Shown piece by piece: positions 38,003 to 51,535 of a DNA stretch of 64,000 nt (its first letter is position 1; every line of letters begins with the position of its first letter). This DNA is from Strigamia acuminata (taxonomy: Eukaryota). Below the pieces are notes generated by a model that was not told the DNA's origin, ran no database searches, and saw only the letters and a program-made list of their open reading frames with translations. The stretch covers positions 8,308,001-8,372,000 of the forward strand of contig OX442314.1 in NCBI GenBank assembly GCA_949358305.1. Direction: 5' to 3'. The position numbers were made by a program, and so were the translations under genes.

Positions 38003-41000
38003 TTAAATAAATAAAATTAAGCGAAACAAGTGAAATAAATAAATAAATGCTCCTAAATGAAATATTATTAGTAGTAATGCACAGGCTTCTGCGCAGCTGA
38101 GATCTGAATGGTTGTTTAACCGAGCATGCGCAAATTGAATCATTAAATGCTTAAGATTAGTTAAGAAAAACAAGTGACACAGTCCCTTGCTCAAAGTTAG
38201 ACAAAATAAATTCACTAACTTAAGAAAAATATGGCGTCAAAAACGTCATATCCTAAAATGAAATCGACGTTATCCACTGAATACACCTGTGTCTTTGTTG
38301 TATTTCGTGGATGATTTCTATCGTGTGTGTTGCGTCCAGCGCCTCGTGGCTCTCCCCCGACCACGTGGCGTCCGTCTAATTTGAATGCACTTAACGACAC
38401 GGATGTACTTCATTTTAGCGATTTCATTTTAGCAATTTCATTTTAGCGACACACCAATTTAGCAATTTCATTTTAGCGACCACGTCATTTTAGCAACCAC
38501 GTCATTTTAGCGACACAAAAATTGCTAAAATGACATGTTCGCTAAAGTGATGGTCACTAATACTAACATTAATATTAACCTAACCATATAGTTTAGGTTT
38601 AATTCCTAAGAAGGGCTAACAAGGGGGGGGCTGAGAGATTCGGTTGAATGTCCTACCCCCTGGCCATATTGAAGCCCTAATATAAATGCAAGTATACCAT
38701 TGCACAAAAAACCGTCTGACCTCCCATCGATTTATCCGGAGTGGACAACGAAATCAATTTCAATATTACGGTCGTGACCGATCGAGGGCTCCCCATGCCG
38801 GCAATATGTACATTTGCTGGCCTCTTGAGGAACCCATTCATTTCCCGTCACTCACCACGAAGAAAAGTCTTTAGGACATCGGCCACAAAAAGTCTTGTCA
38901 ATCATCATTTTCAATTGACAAACTCTTTCCCATCATCTTCAAAAGTGTCCATCGATAGATACCCCTGAAGACACAAATGAGACATTTCGTGACCGATATC
39001 TCGCAACATGTGGCTTTATACCCATTGCATCATGTATTTGCACTTCTAGTCCCAGACACATCTCATGGCCATCCCCGAAAAGCCAAAAGGTCAACAAGAC
39101 ATCCTGTGGACTTAGTTTGGGATTACACTTGTCATCGTCCGATAAATATATGCAAGCTGTTTTTCTCTAGGCTTAGATGAGAGTAAAATAATTTATGGTT
39201 TCAAACTTGCAAATTTATTTGAATTAATTAAACTAAGCCTCAGCATTTGTGAAATGGGGAATATGCGTTTCACCTTTCTAATGTGCAGAAAAGTATATTT
39301 TTGTGATTAAATAAATCACACTACTGATGATGATTGCAAGATCGAAAGGCCTTTGGTGAAAACTAATTTCTTGTTTGTTGTCTTTAATATTAACCCTGAG
39401 AAGGAAAAGGGTTGAAGGCGACACTTTGGGTGCACAATAATTAAATCTAGAAGGACCGAAGCAAAAGCGCTTTAGTGTGTTTTCGAAATTGTCACATGAG
39501 TGTTGCTGTTGTGGCAGCATTTGACGAATCACGTGTGAAGACATACACTACACGCTGTCTGCTGGTAAAACCTGGAAGTACTAAAGAAAGTACTATACTC
39601 GATCGCACTCCAAGAGTGGCTTAACTACCATTGGCCGAGCCAGTTCACTTGTGTAGTGATACATAAAAGTAGACCAAAACACCAAAGTTGCATTGATAAA
39701 ACAACCAATAAAAAATTCAGAAACTCTTTGCTTTCCTGACAAATCAACCAATAAACTAAACAAAAAACATATGTTGAAATGAAAATAGCAAAATTTCATC
39801 TTACAAATGAAAAAAATATTTTATTGTAAAATCCAATAATAATAATAATTAGAATAATATATATAATAATATAAGTAGAAGCACTTTGGTAAAATCGAGA
39901 GAACCCAACTAAAAGTTATGCTGAGATTTCCGAGGGACAGAAATTTCAATACACATTTTGCGGAAGCAACTTTTCTTTTATAGTTATGCTTAATTTTATA
40001 TTATAAATAGTGTAACGAAAAAAGAAAAATTAGATTTGCGGTATGCAATTATCCCTAAAGGCTCGTCTACATTGTTGCGAAATTTAACACGCGAAATGGT
40101 CGCGCCCAAAAATTCACATGAAAAAATTTGCTTCTCAGTGAAGCAAAGAGATATCAGTCGAGAATTCCGTCTCATTTGTCCAACGTGGTGCTGCCATTTT
40201 GAATCAATTGTGAAGTTGGTGACAACATACACTATCTCGTCTGTCATTGGCCAACGCTTGCAAACAAATAGCGGAAAATTACTGGATTTGCTGCGCTATT
40301 TCCAGTTATACTGTAAGCCAAGTTCCAGTTATGACTTTTCCACTACACTTATACGTGTATCGAGAGTTTTAATAGGGGAAAAGTCTCTGCCGCAAACTGT
40401 GTAATGTTGAATAAATAAATGAATAATGCACAAAACCCTTGAGCCATTAACATCATTAACCATTAACATCATTATTCCAATTCTAATTATCATGTTTGAG
40501 ATGAGAGCATTGAGATTAGAAGATCTTCTATGAAGTGCTTTAAGCCGTTCCAGCAGGTCAAGCGACTTCTAACAAAGCGGTGATGATCATTTATTCTCCT
40601 TTTATATTTATTAGAATGCGATCCAGAATATGTGTTTATTTTATTGGCAATAGTACATGCTCTACAACTTTACAATTGAAACTCATCTCCTATCTCTTCC
40701 GATTTAAAAAGTTAGAAATTGGTTGACCTCTACACCAAAGGTCAAAGTTTCATTAAAAAGGCCAATTGGCACTTCCTAGGTTAACAAATATCTTTAATTG
40801 CTTTAAAGATATTCAAGTGGAACGCCTTAAAGCCACCTAACGGTAGACAACAATCCTGAAAACTTAAACCGCCAATTTGATCTCATCATAGCTCAGCGAC
40901 CGTTAAACAAAAAAAAAATTCCACTTCTTCGTTGGCTGCTTCCGCAGTCAACCGATGACTGTTGCTAACCAACTAAACTGTTGATATACTGTAAACTCCC

Positions 41001-41469
41001 TTCTGTTTTGCGATTTCAAATTCCAAGAAAAACAATTTTCTCAAGACAAATATTTTTTTCATACTCCTTAGCATTGCTTGAAGTAGCGCTATAAAGCAAA
41101 TATTCGACAAACATGCGATATTAGGCCTATTCAGCAATAGCCAGTATTCAGCGGTGCTAAATTTTGTTTTCGCTTGGCTACGATAGGTCAAATTTGTCTT
41201 CCTTGCTTTAAGACATATTTTCACAGAAACTAGCTTCGTAAAAATGGCGTGTAACATGGATTCGGCTGGTAATTCTTGGGTTGCGCTTTTAGTGTTTAAA
41301 TGAAAAGTACCTTTTATTTTTTAAAATATTTATAATTTCTAATCGTTGTAATTTCGTTTTACGAGGAATATAAAGTGGTGAGACAAATGAAACCATTACG
41401 GTTTTTTTTAAACCATTCTTTCGTGGTTATAAGGTCAAACGAAGGAGTGTCATTAATTAAGGCAATTTT

Positions 41470-41960
41470 ATAATTTTGCAATTTTACGAATTTTGCAATT
41501 TTGAGAATTTTGCAATTTTAAGAATTTTGCAATTTTAAGAATTTTGAAATTTTGAGAATTTTGAGAATTTTGCAATTTTGAGAATTTTGCAATTTTGAGA
41601 ATTTTGCAATTTTAAGAATTTTGCAATTTTAAGAATTTTGCAATTTTAAGAATTTTGCAATTTTAACAATTTTGCAATTTTAACAATTTTGCAATTTTAA
41701 CAATTTTGCAATTTTAACAATTTTGCAATTTTAACAATTTTGCAATTTTAACAATTTTGCAATTTTAACAATTTTGCAATTTTAACAATTTTGCAATTTT
41801 AACAATTTTGCAATTTTAACAATTTTGCAATTTTAACAATTTTGCAATTTTAACAATTTTGCAATTTTAAGAATTTTGCAATTTTAACGATTTTGCAATT
41901 TTACAATTATGTAATTTTAACAATTTTGCAATTTAAAAAATTTTGCAATTTTAACAATTT
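41470..41960. repeat. 17-bp minisatellite
   Basis: Tandem GCAATTTTAACAATTTT / GCAATTTTAAGAATTTT. Confidence 0.9.
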
Positions 41961-42900
41961 TGTGCAAAGTTTCTACGCAAAATGCTCTTTTTTTCGTATC
42001 AGATTTTACAGTGGTTTTCAGAACTTTTGAATCGCACAAACACAAAATCCTACGATTAAACTCGCCCCCATCAAAAACTATTGATTTTGCGATTAATACA
42101 AAATAACAAAATTGCAAAACCATACATTTAATAAAACCCCGTATTGACCCATTGCATCCCTCCAAATCACCATTAAAAAAAAAAAAAAAAGACACACCCA
42201 AAAAAGACATACGCAAGTACATTATTGCCACCATCAAAGCGTCTTCTGTCCTTGACTGAAACCACTTAGGACCCCGATCCTAGACCAAGCACACACGAAG
42301 AGACACCAAAACACATTTGGGCAGATTACATGTGCAATCAAGTATCTCTGCGAAAAGGGCAAGCCAACGTCAACTTTCGGCTTCTCTATGAATCGCTCCT
42401 TCTCCAATCGCCATAAACATCTCTCACTACGACTCCCTCTAGGAGCAACAACAACAAGCCATAAATCCTGCAGTGTTTTCCTAAAACCTCCCTGGCCCAT
42501 GCATAAAGAAGGAGATGAAGGCAATCCTTACAATTGACTGCGGCTACAATCTTTGCGCTGTCCCAAAACATGCATTTTGTGTGTGGTAACCGAGATAGAC
42601 ATATTTCTTTTTCCTTCCGCAGCCAGCTCATGAGGGCAATTTGTTTCCACGGTTCTAGGCAGAGAATTAAAGTGAAACTCTGGGAAAGCAAGTGGCGTCA
42701 AGCGGGTCGTTAGAACGGTTTCAAATAAGCAGTTTGACAAGTTTGGGTTGATGGTAAATGGGGTTAGTCGTCATAATTGCAAGGATGGGACTGTGTGAGA
42801 AGCCGATTGTGGTTGACGAATTATTGGAAGGGTTAAATAAATTAATAGAAATAATTAGAAAGCGTGATTTGTGATCTCGGTTAGATCCAGTTAGTGAAGC

Positions 42901-43187
42901 TAGGGTTTCGGGACCGACTTCCGGGAAGCCGGAGGAAAATTAAGGTACCGGAAACCGGGAAATTTGAAAAAAATAACCGGTTCTTTCCAAAATTGTCAAA
43001 ATGTCGCTGAAATGTCATTTTCGTCATTGAAACGTTACGTTTTGTAACTTTTCAATGAAGAAATGGCCATTTTTCGCCGCCTGAGGCCAGACCTTTTTTA
43101 GTCCCAGGAGTACCGATTTCCCAAGAGTACCGGCCATTTGGTACCAGGAACCGGGAATTTAAAAAAGGCGGGAAAACAGAAACCCTA
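42901..43187. mobile_element. hAT-family MITE (right end repeated at ~57965-58062)
   Basis: TIRs TAGGGTTTC / GAAACCCTA with TSD AGTGAAGC / AGTGACGC (7/8). Confidence 0.8.
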
Positions 43188-43239
43188 AGTGACGCACTAT
43201 TCTTCCAGCATCTCGGATGTTTTCAAGTCCCGGTATTCT

Positions 43240-43628
43240 GAGACGAGATCAGAAGGTCCCGAGACGAGATCAGAAGGTCCCGAGACGAGATCAGAAGGTC
43301 CTGAGACGAGATCAGAAGGTCCCGAGACGAGATCAGAAAGTCCCGAGACAAGATCAGAAGGTCCCGAGACGAGATCAGAAGGTCTTGAGACGAGATCAGA
43401 AGGTCCCGAGACGAGATCAGAAGGTTCCGAGACGAGATCAGAAGGTCCCGAGACGAGATCAGAAGGTCCCGAGACGAGATCAGAAAGTCCCGAGACGAGA
43501 TCAGAAGGTCCCGAGACGAGATCAGAAGGTCCCGAGACGAGATCAGAAAGTCCCGAGACGAGATCAGAAGGTTCCGAGACGAGATCAAAAGGTCCCGAGA
43601 CAAGATCAAAAAGCCCCGAGACGAGATC
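43240..43628. repeat. 21-bp GC-rich minisatellite
   Basis: About 18 copies of GAGACGAGATCAGAAGGTCCC. Confidence 0.95.
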
Positions 43629-43680
43629 TCGTACGAAACCGAGATGCGCTATGGGGCGAGCTTTTGAGTTATTTTTATTT

Positions 43681-44150
43681 ATTTTGATAAATTATGTTAA
43701 AATTTCAGAATTTTTTAGTTATTTTGATAAATTATGTTAAAATTTCAGAATTTTTTAGTTATTTTGATAAATTATGTTAAAATTTCAGAATTTTTTAGTT
43801 ATTTTGATAAATTACGTTAAAATTTCAGAATTTTTTAGTTATTTTGATAAATTATGTTAAAATTTCAGAATTTTTTAGTTTTTTTGATAAATTATGTTAA
43901 AATTTCAGAATTTGTTAGTTTTTTTTATAAATTATGTTAAAATTTCAGAATTTTTTAGTTATTTTGATAAATTACGTTAAAATTTCAGAATTTTTTAGTT
44001 ATTTTGATAAATTATGTTAAAATTTCAGAATTTTTTAGTTATTTTGATAAATTATGTTAAAATTTCAGAATTTTTTAGTTATTTTGATAAATTATGTTAA
44101 AATTTCAGAATTTTTTAGTAATTTAGATAAATTGTGTTAAAATTTAAAAA
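43681..44150. repeat. 40-bp AT-rich minisatellite
   Basis: About 11 copies of ATTTTGATAAATTATGTTAAAATTTCAGAATTTTTTAGTT. Confidence 0.95.
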
Positions 44151-45849
44151 ATTTTGATAGATTTTATTAAAATTTCAGAAATTTTGATTAAACTTGGTTA
44201 AAATTTCAGAAATTTTGATAAAATTTTGTCAAACCGATTTGACAACTTGCCAATGTACCCCGTTTTCATTGAGTTGGTCAAATCTCTCAATATAAACTCT
44301 CTTCAGTGAATTAGAGCAGAACGAATGACAAACTCGCATACACTTAATTTAAATCTAACTAATACCAAAAGCCTTTCCACTATCTTCAGTGGTCACAATG
44401 AATTAAACCAACAACAATTAAAACAAACAGCCTACAAACAACTTTTGTTCTTCAATCTTATTCTTCACCAAAATCTCAACATCCCCCAATTGACAAAATG
44501 CCAAACTCCCGACCAATATGCAATCAATAAATTAATCAAGTCTGACTAAAAAATCATCTCTTACCATCATCCAACAATAACCCTAAACAAAACCTAATAA
44601 AACCCGTTGCAAACCCTTCTTGAAATATTCAACTTGTTATTGCACTTACGACCAAACCCTTGTGATGAATTTTATCGCTTTCTGAGAAAAAGCTTTGTGC
44701 CCCATTTAATAAGAGATTTACTTGTTTCATATTTGCCAACATGAAAAAAGAAATAAATCTCTTGTAGTGGCCTACATGTGATAAATCAACGCAATTTACT
44801 TAATGGCCCATACTCAATGGTTTATTCCAGACCTCTTGTTGATTAATGAAGCCGATGACATCCGAAGATACGTTTACATGTCGGCGCATAAATAATAGAG
44901 GTCGGTTCATTCGTTACCTCGGCCGACTAACGCTTCTAACAGCTGGATTGAACACTAACTAAAAAATATTTTTAAAAAAAACTACGTTTTTTAGTAAAAG
45001 CTTTTATATTGGTGCTTCAAATCGCCGCCAGAGTGCGCTATTAGCAAACATTTTTCATGACTGCCATGACAGTGCCAAAAAAATTAATCAATTTAGAAAT
45101 TAAAAAATAATTAATATAAAAATAAAAAAAAAATTCAATGAAAAATCAATGAAACAACAACAAAATAATAAAAATACAAAAAATTGGTTTTCTACTAATT
45201 AAACACCCGGCTCAAATAACCGCCTTGGTCCAATAGATCAAAAAGATTAAATGCCTGGACGTTTATTTGTACTCGACATTTTAATATTTACGAAGTGCCT
45301 ACGTTCATGTCCGACGTGAACGTATTATTTTCATGACGCGCTGTGATTGGTTGAGAGATGCATTGAAATACATTGATGAAAATCCTCATTTCGTTGACTT
45401 TGCTAAAAACGGATAAGGTTAGGTCTGGGGGGTTAAGGGGGGACTACGATGTTAGAAGCAAAACGTTTGTACAACGTTTATACTCGATTGTACCAATCTT
45501 TATTTGGTTTGTACTCTTTAATTCGACTGGTTACCCCCAAAAATTTATTTCACTTGCTGTTTAATTATACTCATATTTCTAACAAATTATTTTGAATTTA
45601 AATTAAACAATAAAAATCTATTTTTTTCAATTTTATCAATATTTATTTGTGACCTGTGCAAAAATTTTATATTTATATTTTTATTTTTGCTGCTATTCGC
45701 AAATAAGGGAATAGTGACAACTTAGTGGTACAAACAAACGAATACATAGTTTCTTTTGGTTTATTGTAGTTAGTAAAGTTTTATAAATTATTATAAATAT
45801 TTAATAAAATTATTTTATAAATTGTGAAAAAAATAAAAAAATTATTTTA

Positions 45850-46345
45850 TAGATCATGAAAAATAAATATAAAATATTTTGTAGATGATGAAAAAAAAAA
45901 TAAAAATATTTTAGAAATCATGAAAAGTAAATATAAAAATATTTCAGAAATCATGAAAAATAAATATAAAAATATTTTAGAAATCATGAAAAATAAATAT
46001 AAAAATATTTTAGAAATCATGAAAAATAAATATAAAAATATTTTAGAAATCATGAAAAATAAATATAAAAATATTTTATAAATCAGGAAAAATAAATATA
46101 AAAATATTTTAGAAATCATGAAAAATAAATATAAAAATATTTTAGAAATCATGAAAAAAAATATAAAAATATTTTATAAATAATGGAAAAAAATATAAAA
46201 ATATTTTATAAATAATGGAAAAAAATATAAAAATATTTTATAAATAATGGAAAAAAATATAAAAATATTTTATAAATAATGGAAAAAAATATAAAAATAT
46301 TTTATAAATAATGGAAAAAAATATAAAAATATTTTATAAATTATT
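45850..46345. repeat. 33/32-bp AT-rich minisatellite
   Basis: Tandem TCATGAAAAATAAATATAAAAATATTTTAGAAA and variants. Confidence 0.9.
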
Positions 46346-46610
46346 ATAAATATTTTAGAAAATTGCGCTTATTTGCTGTTTAATATTTATTCAGGTAATC
46401 AGCTTTCAATTCAAATTAACTAATAAAAACATTAAATTTTAAAGTGTCTAATAAAATCAATTGAATGGAATTAATTAAACTCCATTCACACGTGGCCATT
46501 AAATATATCTCTATATGTACCGTATCGCAACTACGGCAGTCACATCCAGCAATCAAGAACTTCACTATCCGCAAGTCAACTTGTTTCTACCATAAAAGCA
46601 TTCGTCGAAA

Positions 46611-46868
46611 ATGAAATATTTCATCATCATGTTCTTTGTCATTCTGTCGTGCATGGGTAAGTTAAAAAATAGTATTTAGCACCAACCGAAATAATTCGTT
46701 AATGAGAAATGACATGTTTTATTTTGGTTAGCAATGACGGCTAATGCAGAGTGTGAAGCAGAAGAATGCAATACGCAATGTGACAGAAAAGGTGGCGGTA
46801 GGTGTATTAAGGACGCTAGTAAAACCACCGATGGAGAAGACGTTTGTAAATGCAAACTCAGATACTGA
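46611..46868 (+). CDS. Secreted CS-alpha-beta defensin/toxin-like peptide, 60 aa (exons 46611-46656 and 46732-46868)
   Basis: The spliced product is MKYFIIMFFVILSCMAMTANA-ECEAEECNTQCDRKGGGRCIKDASKTTDGEDVCKCKLRY*. It has a hydrophobic signal peptide, a phase-1 GTAAGT...TTAG intron inside the signal peptide, six Cys (CxxxC, GxC, CxC), and a cluster of AATAAA signals from 46941. Confidence 0.85.
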
Positions 46869-48339
46869 GGGCAGGACCATGAGATGAACTGGGCACCATC
46901 TTCTGAAACCATCGTTCATCACAAAAAAATTAAAAATGGAAATAAATGAAATAAAATGAAATAAAATTATGCATACGACGCGACTCCATCTCAAATTACG
47001 TCTAAGAACGCCATTCAAAAACCAATAAAATTATCACAAAGAGGTTGGAATTCTGCACAAAATGGTATAAAATTAGTCTAAAACCTTTCTAGTCAAACTC
47101 GATTAACATTTATGGAATCTTTTGAATGCCTTATTGAATGAGCAATTTGAGTTCAGAAGAATATGAGAGCAAAACATTTTTTACCAATGTTAAACGTAAA
47201 GTTTAGTACTCATAAGATCATCTGCTAACGGAAGTGTATGACCACAGACTTTTCGATGTGTATAGACTTGACAGAAAAGCCTAACTCAATCATCTGGTAG
47301 CAGAACATGTGCCAGTCTGTCACACCAGACTTTATGTGGCACTCACAGCTCTATGCAACAGAAAAGAAATGGGGAATGCCATGAAAAAGAAACAAGATGG
47401 ATGCCAATAAAAATTTTACAGTTAGGATGAATAGGATTTGCTAGTTTGTTTTTGATTTTTAATTATATTTGTAAACTAATAATCAATTTTTATAAATAGA
47501 ATATACAGTTGTTTGATTTTTTGGCAGAACAGATTGCTGCCATATTTGAGACCGGTTAAAAAAAATTACAACCGGTTACAAATTGCCAAGACCGATCGTT
47601 ACTTTCTGTGCCACAGAAGAAGAAATTTATTTTCCTATTATTTTTTTTTGGCTAAAAATGTGTGACTTTGTTTTTGAGATAATAAACTACTCAGGCAAAA
47701 TTTCTAGTTGTTGATCATTTATTTAATTAAATATTCAACTTGGAAAATTTCTGCCCCTTAAAGCTGGCTTTGCTGCATTAGTAAAAAGCGCTTCAGTTAA
47801 CAGCTGTTGGCTTTTACCAGTAGTGTTAAAAATTAGTTGTGAACTAAAAATAAACTAAATGGCGCTTTAACCAATCGACCTAAAAATTGTCTCTGAACGC
47901 GTAATGCCAAAAACCAAAATGAATACGTTTTACCCTAATACCATTTTCACACCAACGGATCGAGTTTGACTGGATCTGATCCGCCCGATCAGATCCAAAT
48001 GAACAGAGTTCCAATATTCACTTGGATGGAGTTGTGTTCACACCAAAATGTGATTAAATCAAACCAAACCGGGTTTTAGTAGCAACAGGTTTTAGAAACA
48101 CCTTACTACAATGGCTGCCATTTTATTACCTAGACACCTATTACCTAGATAACCTAGACAAAAAGCAAGTACACCGTTATAATGAATTTGAATGCCCTAT
48201 TTCTCCCATTTTATATCATTTTACTACAGTTGAAACTCTTTATAGCGAAATAGCAAGGTTCAACCTGTACATCATATCATAAATGATGATGTCGCTAAGA
48301 CTTACGATACACCGTCTAAAGCTCAGGTAGCAGACGACT

Positions 48340-48470
48340 TAACGACTGCAGGACTGAGTTCAGATCCCTCTACCCTACTAACATCATACCTTACCATGAC
48401 TTTACGATCCCACATTCCAACACTATGAATCTACAAGAGGTGTCATCCAGGATTCCTCATCACTCCTCAG
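48340..48470 (+). pseudogene. Possible heavily degenerate LINE reverse transcriptase fragment
   Basis: Reads GLSSDPSTLLTSYLT...STRGVIQDS across frameshifts, resembling the SYL...RGVPQGS region of LINE RTs. Confidence 0.35.
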
Positions 48471-49239
48471 AATTGACTTCAGAAGACAGAGTCATAAGCT
48501 TTGTGGATCACAATTTCTTAACAAAAACCTACCACCTAGCCAGTCCCATACTAATGCCTACAGACAGAACTTGATATCACTCAAGTCTAATCAGTATGAA
48601 TGGCACACAATGTGCCTGTATGCTGAGAAACCCAATCGACCACGCTTTCCCGACACTCGAATACTTATGAGCACCCGATTAACCTTTCTTGACCATGAAG
48701 TGGTCAAAAACATTACAGAAGTGGTAAAATAACTAATTTTTTTTTTCTTGAAAATTAATTAAGACGGTTATTCTTAACCGATGGTGCACACACCCCCAGG
48801 AGGTGCAAGATATGTTTTCTGAGAGAGATTATTTCAGAAAATGTTTAATATACAAGCGGTTAAGTGACACCAGTAAAAAATTAATTTAAAAAAATTTTTC
48901 ATTTGGTAAAAGATTTTTAGATGTTAAAAGTCGATGGCGTGCCGACTGCTACCGAGGTTAAGAACCAGGGAATTAAGAAAACTAACTTTTATTCCTCTAA
49001 TTTTTTTCAATTATTAATGAGATAATTTAATATTTATAAACAAAACTCTATTAACGAGAGTGCCGTTTACCATTTTGTCATCTTTTAGCACTAGATGGCA
49101 TACTGAAATCAGTGTTAAAACATGTCTCATATCGGGAAAAATGCAACTAAGCCAGAAAAACTAAGATTACGCACAAACTACCTCATATAATTAAAATCAG
49201 CCTTCAACCCTGTGATATCCTGCGCCTTCCAACATACCA

Positions 49240-49240
<1 letters not shown>

Positions 49241-49286
<46 letters not shown>

Positions 49287-49288
49287 AT
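49241..49288. repeat. (AAAT)n microsatellite
   Basis: About 12 tandem AAAT units. Confidence 0.95.
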
Positions 49289-51451
49289 ATCCTCCACTAC
49301 TGCACATATTAGATGAGGCAGGGATGTGACCTCCTTCTGCTGATAGTCCTAGAAAAATCATTTCCAATGCCCATTGTTAACATTTTTGTGAATAAAAATG
49401 AAAATACAATCAAAATACAGTTTTGAACAAATATTAATATTAAAAAAGTTTCGCAAATTCCATTTTCATACACAAACATAGAATATTTACTTTTCTGCTT
49501 TTCACCAAGCTCTTGGTCTAACAGGAAATGAAAGATTTCAAAATACCAGGAAGAACTGGGAGAATTTCAAAAGGATAAAAAGAAAATTCAAAAACAGGAA
49601 GCCAATCCAAAAAGAAAACAAAATTAAAAACATATGTATCAAATTAAAATGACTTGCTCTACAACTAATTACTGCTACAACTTTAGCAATCACCGAAAAC
49701 TTGACACATCTGTCACAAACACAAGTTCTCTTTTTTTACATAAAACTAATTAAGTGTTGCCATCCAGTAGCGGCATTCAGAAAGATTTGTTGAAAATGTA
49801 TGTTTTTTAGATTTTAGATACTTTTTGAGTGTACAGTACGTACATTCAACGTTCATTGCGTTAATGAATACAAATACAAAAATACAAAAAATATTCTATT
49901 ATTATGTAATAACACGGTATTTTTACTGCCTCAATCGCGGTTCCAATTCAAGGGCGGCTCTTTATCGAATAAACACCGTAAGTTAATTTGTGTGTCTGGC
50001 AATACTGTCTTGTATTCGAATACAACACCATGGTGTTACAATCAGCCAATATCATGTATTAAGTTTGTCGAAAAAGTAAAATTGTTATTTACTCTATTAA
50101 TTTGTATTCATTAAGCTGTTTAAAAAACAAAAAAGATATGTAAATTAACAAAAACAACGATGTACTGTACGTTTTAAATATTTTTATACAAATCTGAATA
50201 TAAGACCATGAATGTAGTTTATTTTAGCGACACCCCATTTTAGCGACCACGTCATTTTAGCGACACAAAAATCGCTAAAATGACATGTTCGCTAAAGTGA
50301 TGGTCGCTAAAACGGCACTAATACAATTTTTCATACTCTTATGTTAATTGAATTAGAATCTACTGCGACTTTGAAAACCGCAACTACATATATTTTAGGT
50401 TTAATTCCTAAGAAGGGCTAACCTTACTGGTTTTTTGATGCAAAACCATTTTTTTGAGCGGTACATTGTTGTCGCGTCGCTAAAACGTAGCGATCGCTAA
50501 AATGTCGCGTCGCTAAAACGTGTCGATCACTCCGGGAAAATTACCATATTGTCGCGAAAACGTAATTGCTAAAATGGTTTCTTTTTTGTAAAAATCGCTA
50601 AAACGAGCATCGCTAAAATGACTATAACCGAACACCATGGTGTTGTATTTGAAAACAATCAAAAATCCGAATATAACACCATGGGGGTATATTTGAATAT
50701 AAAACCATGGTGTAATATTTGAATTTTTCAATAATGTTTCACAAATTACAGTTTTCAAAGAAACTCGAATACAACACCATGGTATTATTTTCGGGTGAAG
50801 ACGGTAGGCAGAGCGCAAAATCCACTCTCTTATACCTGTGCTTTTAGTACACAACCTCCAGCTAAAACGCTACATTCGAAATGTTTGTGTTTAGGCTTGT
50901 TTTAAGACCAAACACTGGAGCAAAACATCAAAACCACCACTTTTAGATTGCGGCTAATGTAAATTTCCATAGATAAAATGCTCCTTCCACTTTCCGTCGT
51001 TGTTTTATCACCTTGTCAAATCAACTGATTAATTAATGAAGCGCTATTATTTCATGTAATCAGAATTTAATTTCAACTTAAATATCACTTCCATATCAAA
51101 AAAGCAGCCTGAAACACATAACCAACCTCCACAACAAACATTTTATCAAATTATTACTCTTGACAAAATAATGTGATTTATAGAACTTACTTAACTAATT
51201 TGATAAATTCCCAAAACTAATGTAACAATCTCTCCTTAGTTATTGCTACAGAGCAACAGCTTGTATAGTAATTACACAGCTCCGTCTTCCGTGGGCTTTT
51301 AGTTAATTCCTATATCTCCAAAAACAAAACTAATTCCCAACTCCTTTTGCTTGTTAACGTTCCACTTCCTCGTGTCATGACCCCAAAAACTGTTGTCTCA
51401 AGACAAGTCGATGATGACCGGAGTTGTGACAAATGAGCAACGAGGTTTGCA

Positions 51452-51535
51452 GTATCCGGACGACACAATGCTCTAAACACATAATCGTGTCAGAAGTTAA
51501 GCAGCATTGGGTCTGGTCAGTACTTGGATGGATGC
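51452..51535 (+). pseudogene. 5S rRNA-derived fragment (pseudogene or SINE3 head)
   Basis: GAAGTTAAGCAGCATTGGGTCTGGTCAGTACTTGGATGG (51493-51531) matches the 5S internal control region (A box to C box). The flanks are diverged and truncated. Confidence 0.7.

Noticed and set aside
42240..42720. Possible RTE-like LINE endonuclease relic (HLSLRLPLG)
   Set aside because: The similarity is limited to one short motif amid stops and frameshifts.
43189..43740. ORFs made of repeated peptides (ETRSEGP)n, and similar ORFs at 8219, 45847 and 53020
   Set aside because: They arise from minisatellites whose unit length is a multiple of 3 and are open in several frames. There is no gene structure.
43240..44150. 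Tandem arrays as CRISPR
   Set aside because: There are no unique spacers and no cas genes, and the context is eukaryotic.
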